A stretch of DNA of 48,009 bases, taken from the NCBI RefSeq assembly GCF_001194135.2, contig NC_068983.1, positions 78,013,468-78,061,476 on the forward strand. The letters run 5' to 3'. Positions 11,459 to 24,432 of the stretch are shown in pieces (position 1 is the stretch's first letter; each line of letters opens with the position of its first letter). Below the pieces are notes generated by a model. The model was not told the origin of the DNA. It searched no databases and saw only the letters and a program-made list of their open reading frames with translations. The translations under genes and the position numbers were made by a program. The DNA comes from Octopus bimaculoides (taxonomy: Eukaryota).

Positions 11459-12288
11459 NNNNNNNNNNNNNNNNNNNNNNNNNNNNNNNNNNNNNNNNNN
11501 NNNNNNNNNNNNNNNNNNNNNNNNNNNNNNNNNNNNNNNNNNNNNNNNNNNNNNNNNNNNNNNNNNNNNNNNNNNNNNNNNNNNNNNNNNNNNNNNNNNN
11601 NNNNNNNNNNNNNNNNNNNNNNNNNNNNNNNNNNNNNNNNNNNNNNNNNNNNNNNNNNNNNNNNNNNNNNNNNNNNNNNNNNNNNNNNNNNNNNNNNNNN
11701 NNNNNNNNNNNNNNNNNNNNNNNNNNNNNNNNNNNNNNNNNNNNNNNNNNNNNNNNNNNNNNNNNNNNNNNNNNNNNNNNNNNNNNNNNNNNNNNNNNNN
11801 NNNNNNNNNNNNNNNNNNNNNNNNNNNNNNNNNNNNNNNNNNNNNNNNNNNNNNNNNNNNNNNNNNNNNNNNNNNNNNNNNNNNNNNNNNNNNNNNNNNN
11901 NNNNNNNNNNNNNNNNNNNNNNNNNNNNNNNNNNNNNNNNNNNNNNNNNNNNNNNNNNNNNNNNNNNNNNNNNNNNNNNNNNNNNNNNNNNNNNNNNNNN
12001 NNNNNNNNNNNNNNNNNNNNNNNNNNNNNNNNNNNNNNNNNNNNNNNNNNNNNNNNNNNNNNNNNNNNNNNNNNNNNNNNNNNNNNNNNNNNNNNNNNNN
12101 NNNNNNNNNNNNNNNNNNNNNNNNNNNNNNNNNNNNNNNNNNNNNNNNNNNNNNNNNNNNNNNNNNNNNNNNNNNNNNNNNNNNNNNNNNNNNNNNNNNN
12201 NNNNNNNNNNNNNNNNNNNNNNNNNNNNNNNNNNNNNNNNNNNNNNNNNNNNNNNNNNNNNNNNNNNNNNNNNNNNNNNNNNNNNNNN
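11459..12288. other. Assembly gap (N)
   Basis: N run. Confidence 1.
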
Positions 12289-12322
<34 letters not shown>

Positions 12323-13366
12323 TATATGCCTGTGTATTTGTGTATGAGAGAGAGAAAGAGATAAAGAAAGAGGGACAGAGATATGAAAGCCATCTAAGTC
12401 GTTAATACATTTAAGAAAAATTACTAACTTCATTCATCAAAATTCACCCATATCCTCTGTCGTAGCTGCCGATGACAAATCTGCTAGGTTGAAGCAAGTT
12501 CTACGACATCTATCGGTGTGTCATCAAATGTTTTCGGACGGCAAAGACACAGATTCATATGTTGTAGAATTCTTCGAGTCCCTGAGTGAAAGCGGGTGAG
12601 AAAACTCGATTGGTCGATATTTTCAGGTATTTAGGGAAAAAATAATAGAAAAACAAAGATTAGTAAATATATTAACGCAAATAATATATTGAATAGCAAA
12701 CTACAAGAAGTTGGCTTCCAAACACGTGGATAGTTTAGCAATATGGTAACGCTTCTATCAGTTTGCAATTATGACGTAATAATTGGATTAAACAGCTCTG
12801 GATAACGTTTTAACTTTGAATATCGTTTTAACACCTGGTTAACTTAGGGCATATGTAATAACTAAAATTATTTTAATTTGAACATACACATAAGCACATA
12901 CATATACACACTAGTACCACTGCCGTACAGGCACAAATGCACAGACACGGCACAAATTCGTTTATACGCACACATCAATACACTAACTGAAATAGAGGTA
13001 CACAAACACTCAGCAATGCTTCAATTTTAAATAAAATACTATAACAAACATATTTGCATATATGTGAACATGAAAGAAAGACACAGAGATCGAGAGTGGG
13101 GTGGGGATACAGAGTGACATACAGGCACATAGAAAAGAAGTGGAAGGAAAAGAGTGAGAGTGATTTCGTATGCATGCGTATATGATTGTGTGTATGCTTA
13201 AGTAAATATGAGTCTGTTTGAAGGGATTTCTGGTGATGTTCGGGTATTATTCCGAGGTAAAACAACAGAGGAAAGTAGATTTCAAGGGATTTCTTTGTCC
13301 TATCTAGCCCTTTGTGATACCAGTGTTCTAATGAATTTCATAAACATTTAATAAAACTATATACAT

Positions 13367-13807
13367 GCAGGAGTGGCTGTGTGGCAAGTAGCTTGCTTAA
13401 CAACCACATGGTTTCGGGTTCATTCCCACTGCGTGGTACCTTGGGCAAGTGTCTTCTATTATAGCCTCGGGACGACCAAAGTCTTGTGAGAAGATTTGGA
13501 AGACGGAAACTGAAAGAAGCTCGTCGTATATGTATATATATATATATATGTGTGTGTATATGTATGCGTGTATATATGTTTGTGTGTTTGTGTTTGTCCC
13601 TCACCCAACATCGCTTGACAACCGATGGTGGTGTGTTTGCGTCCTCGTAACTTAGCGGTTCGGCAAAAGGGACCGGTAGAATAAGTACTAGGCTTACAAA
13701 GAATAAGTCATGGGATCGATTTGCTCGACTAAAGGCGGTGCTCCAGCATGGCCGCAGTCAAATGACTGAAACAAGTAAAAGAGTGAAAGAGTAAAAGAGT
13801 AAAAGAG
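13367..13807 (+). mobile_element. Full-length tRNA-derived SINE with CORE-like segment, internal TA/TG microsatellite and (TAAAAGAG)n tail
   Basis: A-box-like TGGCTGTGTGG, B-box-like GGTTCATTCCC, CORE-like GGTACCTTGGGCAAGTGTCTT, 3' end CATGGCCGCAGTCAAATGACTGAAACAAGTAAAAGAG; second 3' end copy at 21969-22026. Confidence 0.9.
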
Positions 13808-13993
13808 CATGCATACACATCACATATACATACATGTTTGCATACAAACATCTGCACACATAAATGCATATATACATACATATATTTACAGAGATCGTAT
13901 TTGATTATCATCATTATTAATATTTTTCATTCTTCTTATTTTTCTTACTATCATTAGGTATTTATAGTTCTACAACAATATTACTGTACTCAC

Positions 13994-14038
13994 TTGGCCA
14001 TTATCACTTGATGCTCTATAGATCATACAAATGCTTTT
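13994..14038 (-). CDS. Candidate exon (KSICMIYRASSDNGQ)
   Basis: ctttcattactctctag|45 nt|gtgagta; phase 0 to 0 open. Splice signals only. Confidence 0.25.
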
Positions 14039-14596
14039 CTAGAGAGTAATGAAAGTGATACTTAATTTAGTTCAGTAAGTCTATTGTTTAAGCAATATTT
14101 CTGTGTCTGTGAGTGTGTGTGTGTGCGCATGTGTGCGTGCGTGTGCGTAAGTGTGTGTGTGTGTGTGTGTGTGCGTGTGCTTATTATTCGAAATATCAAC
14201 GCAGCATATTAGAGACTAAATTCAGTTACAGATTTTCAGCCATGTACAATAAAGATAAATTTAGTCTTGCTACGAATATAGATTGTGATGCTAGACTATC
14301 GAGTTTTCAGCAATCAGGGTGAAACATAGGATTGCCTACTTTAGAATGCAGTTAAAACCACCAAATATGCACTGCTCTGTAAACATAAATTTCTCTTTGT
14401 TATTTTTTTGTTTTTTTTTTTCTGTTTGGTCCTAGGTATTTCTATTACATTTACTTTGCGGTAAGAAGAAATTAATCGAATCCTGACAAAATTTCATGAA
14501 AGCCGAATTTGGACGTTTTTGTTTATCCAAAAACTTAAGCGATGTTAAATATTGATGTAAGTATTGATTTAATATTGAGACATACATACATACATA

Positions 14597-14850
14597 TTGA
14601 GAAAGTTGCAGTTACTCTATCCAGATTACAAGTTCAGGTTTATACTTGTAATTATTGGGGCCCTTGGAAATGTAACACAATGCCTAAATACAAATCTTGA
14701 GAAAGTAGGCTTCTTAAGACTAGAAAAGAAAAAGCTAATTCATAGACTACAGATCCAATCCATCACTGGAATTTAACAATCTGTAACACTTTCCAGAAGT
14801 TTATCATTTAAATATATATGAGCATGTCTAGATATGCAACTATATGCATA
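14597..14850 (+). mobile_element. R4-clade C-terminal fragment D, (ACAT)n-associated lineage
   Basis: LRKLQLLYPDYKFRFILVIIGALGNVTQCLNTNLEKVGF...IHRLQIQSITG..ICNTFQKFII* (stop 14809-14811); ACAT repeats at 14580-14596 and ACAT-like sequence after. Confidence 0.8.
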
Positions 14851-15029
14851 AGAATACATACATGAAGCAAAACATAGAAATATGCACATATACATACATA
14901 TATACATACAAACATACATACAAAATTACCCTTTTGTTGATGTTAAAATTCCAATGAAGGAGTTTTTGATCTTGGTTAGAAACCGGCTCTTTCTCTATTG
15001 GCAAGAAATCTTGAAATAAAACTGAACAA

Positions 15030-15170
15030 TGACATACATACATATGTACGTACGTACATACATACATGCATGCATACATACATACATACATATATACATA
15101 CATACATGCATGCATGCATGCATGCATGTATACATACATGCATGGATACATGCATACATACATACATACA

Positions 15171-15204
<34 letters not shown>

Positions 15205-15223
15205 CATACATACATCATACATA
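15030..15223. repeat. (ACAT)n/(GCAT)n microsatellite
   Basis: Direct reading. Confidence 0.96.
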
Positions 15224-15873
15224 CAGAGAATATGCACGAAATGAAAGAAGCCTTGACCCGGTTACAACATTCTCAAAGGATGTAGGGTTCGAATTTGGTC
15301 AGGATAAATGTTGTTAAATGGTTGTGAAAAAGGAGAAAGTTGTCAGCCAGACTAGCAACATTTCTATCCATGACTTGACTGCTTCTCCTATATCTGATGA
15401 GGAATGTTACAGGTATCTAGGAGTGGATGAAAACTTATCTTACACTAGCACCTGGAACAAGCAGGTGTCACTAAAGAATATAATAATGGAATAAAGAAAA
15501 TTTGGACCTCAGACCTCTCTGCGTTCAATAAAACAGTGGTCCTTAATGTGTTTGCAGTGACAGTACTCAAACTTACATTTGAGTTGCTTGAGTGGATGCT
15601 TGATGAGGTCCAAGCCATTGACGTGAAAACCCGGAAAATACTAACAAGCACACATAATTTCCACATAAACAATGACGTTGACCGCTTCTACCTAACACGA
15701 AAGCAAGGCGGCAGAGGTTTAAGATCGATCCAAATTTACTTTGAATGTCGTATCATATCCCTTCGGCAACATCTTTTTAACCAACAAGTGTCAAAGTGCA
15801 TCCCTTGACCAAGTTTGCATATATATATAAGGGTCATAAAATCTTAAGGCTTGGAAGTGTTATGATGTTATCA
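15224..15873 (+). mobile_element. R4-clade RT/thumb fragment E between two (ACAT)n arrays
   Basis: TFSKDVGFEFGQDKC...CYRYLGVDEN...IWTSDLSAFNKTVVLNVFAV...DVKTRKILTSTHNFHINNDVDRFYLTRKQGGRGLRSIQ (C-terminal RT motifs and the following region). Confidence 0.9.
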
Positions 15874-15874
15874 A

Positions 15875-16002
15875 ATACATACATTCATTCATACATACAT
15901 ACATACATGCATACATACATACATACATACATACATACATACATACATACGTACATACATACATACATACATACATACATACATACATACATTCATACAT
16001 AC
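15875..16002. repeat. (ACAT)n microsatellite
   Basis: Direct reading. Confidence 0.97.
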
Positions 16003-16346
16003 ATGGTGGCTTTGGGGTTGAAAATGCACCTGAGTCTTTAAATTAACTGTGGCTTCAAATTTTTTGACAAATATATCAAAAATTCCCATACCGATTTCAA
16101 CAAGTTTTTTTTTTATGTTGTTGTTTTTCAATTGTAAATAAAAATGTGCAAGAGAGATTGAATCTACAAGAAAACATTTGGTAAACTATACTCAAAGTAT
16201 CAAATGTTTATACAAATTCCTATCTTCGCTAAATTTCGCACTAAAACAAATAATCAAACAATAAAGGTTTTTTCCATGTATGAATATATATGCGCGCACG
16301 TGTGTGCAGTAAAGAGGCTTTATTATTTCATTATTTCATTACTTTT

Positions 16347-17640
<1,294 letters not shown>

Positions 17641-17825
17641 TCAAATGTGAAAAAACAATGCATATAGATAGAGGAGAAAACAATGAAAATATTCAGTACA
17701 ACTTCTAATATATTCTTTTCTAAGAAGAGCTATTATTAATGTTTTAATGTTTATGTTGTAGCTTAAAACATACGTAGTAGTTGACATATATCTGCAAATG
17801 CTCGGTTTAAAACATAAAACTTTAC

Positions 17826-17905
17826 CAAACTCTTGTTTACTATCATCTGCTCTAGCTTGACCACGAAAACTTAATATACTCTGAATCACAAGTTCCTTTA
17901 CTTCA
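17826..17905 (-). CDS. Candidate exon (EVKELVIQSILSFRGQARADDSKQEF)
   Basis: aataatcttcttacag|80 nt|gtaaag; phase 2 to 1 open. Splice signals only. Confidence 0.3.
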
Positions 17906-18203
17906 CTGTAAGAAGATTATTATTTCATTATATTGAAAATATAACATCAATAAACAGATTGAAGTATACTGAATATTGTATTTTTATATACTTGCTTCAG
18001 TGAAAGTCACTCTATTCTGTGATCTTCTTTAACGCGAGTTGCAATTATTGGCCTGCAACGTTACTGAAGTATTGCCTTCGAGGATCTTAGCTGATTTTAT
18101 CAATCACACTAATTGAGGTGGTATGCATTTCCACTGTCTTCTTAAGGGGAAAAATGTCAATGTCGACCATGTGTGCGTGTGTTTGTGTCTGTGACTGTGT
18201 GCG

Positions 18204-18305
18204 TATGTATGTATGTATGTATGTATGTATGTGTGTATGTATGTATGTATGTGTGTATGTATGTATGTATGTATGTATGTATGTATGTATGTATGTATGT
18301 ATGTA
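18204..18305. repeat. (GTAT)n microsatellite
   Basis: Direct reading. Confidence 0.96.
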
Positions 18306-19204
18306 TTGGTATGTATATATGTATGTTCACAGGCGCACAAAATTATGTTTATGCATATGTGAGTACACACACTCATGCTTTTGTCAATATTCAGAATGTA
18401 CATAAAATGCAAAATTAAGAATAGTCTTACTGTTTTCCAAATATTTTTCTGTGCTTGATCGGTCAGACAATCTATAATATTTACATATTCTTGGAAGAGT
18501 ATTGAATATGAAATATATTTGTTTTTAACCTTACTAACTGCATCATGTACAAATAGTCTTTTTAACTTTTATTTTCATTACGTACAATCATGTTGAAAAA
18601 ATCTTTCAAACTTTCAATTCTAGGATATCAAAATTTATATCCTCTTGAATTATATTGTATTTCCCTTTATTGTTAAACAAAGTGAAAATATTGAATGTTT
18701 ATTTTTGAGTGTTTTCATTTTAAATAGTTCAAGAAATTTTCTACCATTCTTCATAACTAAAATTGCATTAAAAAATAGATGCTAGAACAAATATATAAAC
18801 ATATACATAACTGCAAATATTTCTGCTATTGTTAATGATACAAATAATTTTCTAATCTAGTTGATGCTTGAATTTGTTTTTGCGATAAAATATTCATAAA
18901 AGTTATGTTTATCCACTAAGATATCTTATCATGCATTTCCGCAAAAGCTACTATTGCCATAAGCCGATATCATCCATCAATTGACACATGTACATAGTGA
19001 AAGAAATTAACACCAGTATATTCAAGTTTCTTAAATCGATAGGCACTAAAAGAATACAGTGAAATACTGATCGATTCAGATTGATTCCAATTCAGACAGT
19101 GGTCTATGAAAAAATCTAATTTGATATCATTTGCATAAAATCCATTACAACAATATTTATATCTAATATCGACAGAATGCCTCAAAATTGAAAGAAGGAT
19201 TTCA

Positions 19205-19860
19205 TTGACATCATCGATTTCCATGACTTGGCTAGTACTTTATTTTATTGATACCGAAATATAAAGAAGGAAAACAAGGTTGACCTCATCAGGATATGAA
19301 CTCAAAACGTAAAGATGGAACAAATACTACAAGGTATTTTAGATGTTATTAAATTAACTGATTCTGTTAATGAATTATCTTAACCACCACAAGAATAATA
19401 ATTATTGTTTCAAATTTAGGCATAAAGCCAACAGTTTTAAAGGAGGGATTTAGTCGATATCTTTAGCCCCAGTACATGTCTGGCACTTTATGTTTTCGAC
19501 TCTGGAAGAATTGACCTGGCAGTATAAGAACTGTAGAGAAGAATGTATCTAATGCTCTAATTATTCTACCAAATCACCATTTTACCAATATTCATAGTAA
19601 TGGTTACAAGTTTAGCACAAGACCAGTAATTTTAGAGGAGAGGCTCAGTTCATTTTAATGACCCAATGCTCAAATGGGGTCATTATATTTATAATGTATT
19701 TTATCGGTTCCGCAAGGATTAAATGGGAATCCGACCTCGCGAAATTTGAATTCAGAAGCATAATTAGTTTCGGCGAAATTTAAACTCGGAACATAGAAAC
19801 AGATACAAAGCCGCTAAGCATTTTATCTAGCGTGCTAACGTTCTTGCAAACTCCCCATCG
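19205..19860 (-). mobile_element. Three tandem degraded copies of the ATT-tailed SINE family
   Basis: Reverse complements of the TTCTGAGTTCAAATTCCGCCGAGGTCGAC...TCGATAAAATAAGTACCAG module at about 19215-19345, 19400-19575 and 19600-19860. Confidence 0.75.
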
Positions 19861-20314
19861 TTATTTACAGGAATGATAATGGCTTTTGCGAGAAATATTT
19901 TTATGTTATCGCGTCCGAATAAAACCGTTTAATTTTATTGTACTTCGATCATCCCTACCAATGCAAAGCACATGGTTAAGAGTAATGGAACTACGTATGT
20001 TTAATTCAACTGAATTATTATTATCTTTTTCTAAGTATCACCATTATAGGTATCTATACTCTGGTGAAATTAAGAAATTAGCTCATAAATAAACGAAGCC
20101 CTCGAATCCATCACTGTACACAGTACACACAAACACATAAAACACACACATACACACACACACACATGCACACACACACACAGGGGCATATGTATGTATG
20201 TACACACACGTCTCTTCACGCATAGGTACACCATGATCTATACACACGCAGACGAGAGTCGATTCACATGAAAAAGTAAGTGAACAAAATAACATGATCA
20301 CTTGCTCATCGGAA

Positions 20315-20520
20315 CATTTGTAAGTTCGACAGAAATATTTTTTTAAAGATAATCAAATGAAATGTTCGTCATTTCGAGCCACTCACTCAATGAGTATTTT
20401 TGCAAATTGTGGTGGATATCCGTTTAGTCGTTTTCCAGTAATTTTGATAACATAGAGACAAACAGACAAAGACTAGTAATTACAATACTCTGCTTACGCA
20501 TACTCTAGCAGTGTAATTAA
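20315..20520 (+). mobile_element. Possible non-autonomous Helentron-associated (HINE/DINE-1-like) 3' portion
   Basis: ATATCCGTTTAGTCGTTTTCCAGTAATTTTGATAACATAGAGACAAACAGACAAAGAC...CAATACTC...GTGTAAT resembles the HINE pattern (ATCCGTT..AGT..TTTT, ACAG-type repeat, terminal hairpin). The hairpin is poorly conserved. Confidence 0.35.
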
Positions 20521-21204
20521 TGCCCTCGTATAATTTATCTATAGACTTTTTCCCCCTCGATGCAAAGATTTTTTTGGAAACAACATCTAGTCTCTCAATT
20601 ATTTTATTAAAATACAAGAACACACCACGCCAATACATTTTATTAGATTAAACGCGAAACAATTTCTAAGTCAAGATTGACAACATTAAATTTCCAATAC
20701 CCATTTATGTAGCCTCATTAATCAGCATTTTTGTCGAAACTATTCTGTTATCTAAACAGTGGAAAACTAGCTATAAAGTATTATGTCTAAGTATAACACG
20801 TATTTCTTCATACTCATATTGGACAACTTTTTCTGTGAAGTGTCTTCGTTAAACTCGAAAAGTCGTATTAACAATAATTCATCACAGACATTTAGGCATT
20901 TCACTTTTAAGGTTATGAATTCGTTTTTTTTTTTGTTTTTTTGGGTTTTTTTTAATAAAAGTTATCAAAATCTACCATGAAGACAATAAAGATATCCTGT
21001 TTAAATGACAGCTTTGATGGCTCACACTAATTAAAGTCAACAACTTTTTTTGTGAAATAGATAACATAATTTTGAGTATGACACTGTAATTAAAGAATCT
21101 AAAGGTTAAGTGAGAATAAACTGAATTTTATTAATTTTGCTATCTTTTTTCTAAATATAAACATTATATGATTATATCTATCAATATTGGTTTTTATTAT
21201 GTAA

Positions 21205-21406
21205 TTATTTTCTCGCAAAATTAATAAAGAATTTGTTAAATAGCCTTTTAGACATAATGTCTCCGAATACAAAATAACAAAGACTCTGGAGTAGACCCTG
21301 AAGAAAATTGCTGAACTGACAGAAGTACTCGTGAGCCGGAAAAACTGCCTGGCGATATTGATTTACTACCCATGATGATCTTAACGTCATTCTTTCTTTA
21401 AGATTT
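21205..21406 (-). CDS. Candidate terminal exon encoding a 7TM-receptor-like TM7 and helix 8
   Basis: tttacactatacag|A AAT CTT...; NLKERMTLRSSWVVNQYRQAVFPAHEYFCQFSNFLQGLLQSLCYFVFGDIMSKRLFNKFFINFARK*. QG-x6-Y spacing as in secretin/adhesion and cAMP-receptor-like TM7; AATAAA 6 nt after the stop. Confidence 0.35.
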
Positions 21407-21968
21407 CTGTATAGTGTAAATATTATTCAAGCTTTCCGAACGATATAATCTACTGTATGTTCTTCAAATATCTGTCACGTTTTGCCTATGTTAAAAACTA
21501 ATATTTTATTATAATTTTTTGCTGCAAATACATTACAAAACTGAGATTATGATTTCAAAACAGCCAAACATAATATCATTTCAAAGTATAGATATCTTGG
21601 TATCTATTCATGTTTGTATAATCTATTTTTTCTGCTTCCATCTTTCTTATAAAACCACTGTTATATACACTAACAGTAATTCCTCTAGAATATGAAATCG
21701 TCAGAAATGTGGTTTGTAAATAACAAGCCTAGAAAGAAATTCATATGAAAATATAAAGCTTCGAAAACGACAAAATTTCAACCCAGTCGTATTTCAATCT
21801 TATCCTATATACACGGACATATAGATATAGATATGTGTGTATGCCTGTCAGTCTGTATACCATCCGTGTGTGTGTGGAGAGAGAGGGGGAGATATACGCA
21901 TAACAATATAAATAAAAATACAAATACATATCGTAATAAAGAAACCGTAATGTATGCTTCCAAGCATA

Positions 21969-22026
21969 CTCTTTTTACTCTTTACTCTTTTATTTGTTTC
22001 AGTCATCTGACTGCGGCCATGCTGGA
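21969..22026 (-). mobile_element. 3' end of the same SINE family as 13367-13807, running into a gap
   Basis: CTCTTTTACTCTTTTATTTGTTTCAGTCATCTGACTGCGGCCATGCTGGA is the reverse complement of the 13741-13807 tail. Confidence 0.9.
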
Positions 22027-22768
22027 NNNNNNNNNNNNNNNNNNNNNNNNNNNNNNNNNNNNNNNNNNNNNNNNNNNNNNNNNNNNNNNNNNNNNNNNNN
22101 NNNNNNNNNNNNNNNNNNNNNNNNNNNNNNNNNNNNNNNNNNNNNNNNNNNNNNNNNNNNNNNNNNNNNNNNNNNNNNNNNNNNNNNNNNNNNNNNNNNN
22201 NNNNNNNNNNNNNNNNNNNNNNNNNNNNNNNNNNNNNNNNNNNNNNNNNNNNNNNNNNNNNNNNNNNNNNNNNNNNNNNNNNNNNNNNNNNNNNNNNNNN
22301 NNNNNNNNNNNNNNNNNNNNNNNNNNNNNNNNNNNNNNNNNNNNNNNNNNNNNNNNNNNNNNNNNNNNNNNNNNNNNNNNNNNNNNNNNNNNNNNNNNNN
22401 NNNNNNNNNNNNNNNNNNNNNNNNNNNNNNNNNNNNNNNNNNNNNNNNNNNNNNNNNNNNNNNNNNNNNNNNNNNNNNNNNNNNNNNNNNNNNNNNNNNN
22501 NNNNNNNNNNNNNNNNNNNNNNNNNNNNNNNNNNNNNNNNNNNNNNNNNNNNNNNNNNNNNNNNNNNNNNNNNNNNNNNNNNNNNNNNNNNNNNNNNNNN
22601 NNNNNNNNNNNNNNNNNNNNNNNNNNNNNNNNNNNNNNNNNNNNNNNNNNNNNNNNNNNNNNNNNNNNNNNNNNNNNNNNNNNNNNNNNNNNNNNNNNNN
22701 NNNNNNNNNNNNNNNNNNNNNNNNNNNNNNNNNNNNNNNNNNNNNNNNNNNNNNNNNNNNNNNNNNNN
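22027..22768. other. Assembly gap (N)
   Basis: N run. Confidence 1.
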
Positions 22769-24432
22769 CATTTTAACAAATTTACTGGAGGCAATACTTC
22801 CCTCTCTACCCTCACTTTCCTTTTCAGGGGAACTTGACAAAGTCAATGAGGGCTCGGCCGAAGACGAAAGTGTCTGTCTTCAGTCCTTTTAACCTCGGCC
22901 ACCACACTACCTCTTTCGCTATAGCCACAAGGCAGAGGAAAAGAAGGCGGCGAGCCGATCCTCACAATGGACACGGCTAGTGACCGGATCCGCCCTACAC
23001 GTTACAACAGCAATTCGATAAAGCTCCACAGCTCAATAACGCACGGACACTGGACGAGTACATGGAGGACGGTTTCATCGCCCTGCGCACACTTCGGACT
23101 GGTCCGTCTGACAGCACTTGCGTGTCTGTAGAGCATATCTCAAACTGGCAGATCCCTCTCGACGACCAGAGTTTCCCCGAGTACGTCGTCGCTCTTTCCC
23201 TCCACTACTTCTCTAAATAATTCCATGAAGGAACTTCCACCGACCGCGTTGCTCGACTGGCAGAAGGCCGTGAGCGCTTGTCGGCACTCTAAGTACTAAG
23301 CACTCTTTCTTGGTCTGCGTTTGACCCGAGACGAGCTATAGAAAGTCCCGTTTGACGAACAGCGACCACATCTGCTCACCGTTACTGAAACGCTGAAGAT
23401 GTTACAGCCTCAGCGCATGTCTACGCATTATTAGCCTCGGCATATCCAGTCCTCAATTCAGCGGCTGTTGACAGCAGATGGACCATCTGACAAGCGGGAC
23501 ACGTCCCTTCCATAGAAAGTGGAAGAGCAGGCGTTCCAACTTTATCAAGCACGAAGCATTCCAACTTTATCAGTCACGACGGTGACGGTCAAGCGGTAGT
23601 AGATGACAGAATCGATGTACGCATTCGCCACCTCAACCCGACCCTTCAGGGACAGCCTCCTTCCTGCCCTTGTCTTGGTGGGGGTAGTTACCCTGCTCGT
23701 CATCCTTCCCCAGTTCCTGTCCACCTGGAGGTCTGGACCAAACCAGACCCGAGCAATTTAACCGGTGCTTCCGTCCAGCACTCTACAACGCTGCTGGTTG
23801 GCATGGACCAGCCTCTCCAGGTGCTGAGCTGCAGGCCCACCGACTTTTTCTGGTTGATCTTTGCTCCTGTCACCGTTTCGTACACCGCCTCGATTCCCGA
23901 CATGACTAACACTATTACGGTGACGTCGTCCGTGTGATCCGACATGAACTTTCCGCATCCTAGATCAAACGTAATGCCTCTCGAAATATCCAGCTTCCGC
24001 ACCAATGGCTCGAGAGCCAGTACGTACAGAAGAGGTGAAAGTGGGTATCCTTGGCGGACCGAACGAGCGATGTAAAGCGATTCCGAAAGGTGGCCATTTA
24101 TTTTGACCACTGAACAGATATCGCTGTACATTGCAGCGATCCAGCATCTCAAACCCACTGCCACGAGAACAGCCTTCAAGTGTCGGTGGTCGACACTATC
24201 AACGGCTTTCGACTGATCCAAATGGATCAGGGTCCCACCCATGCCAAGTCCCTTACCCGCCCTCTCTATGATGTAGCGCGTGAGGTAGAGGTTGTCGTGA
24301 ATAGTTCTATATGGGATAGCACATGTCTGCGCATCACCAGCCAACTTATCGATGACAAGAACCAACCTCTTGCTTAACAGTTTGGCCAAAATCTTATGAT
24401 CTGCATTCAGCAGAGTTATAGGCCTAAAATTA
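22769..24432 (-). mobile_element. Tx1/L1-clade LINE ORF2 fragment (RT, thumb, C-terminal CCHC), 5'-truncated
   Basis: NFRPITLLNADHKILAK...QTCAIPYRTIHDN...LDQSKAVDSVDH...VRQGYPLSPLLYVLALEPL...DHTDDVTV (degenerate YADD)...RLSLKGRVEVANAYI...FLWKG...CPKCAQGDETVLHVLVQC. The open stretch is part of ORF 23700..24473. Confidence 0.93.
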
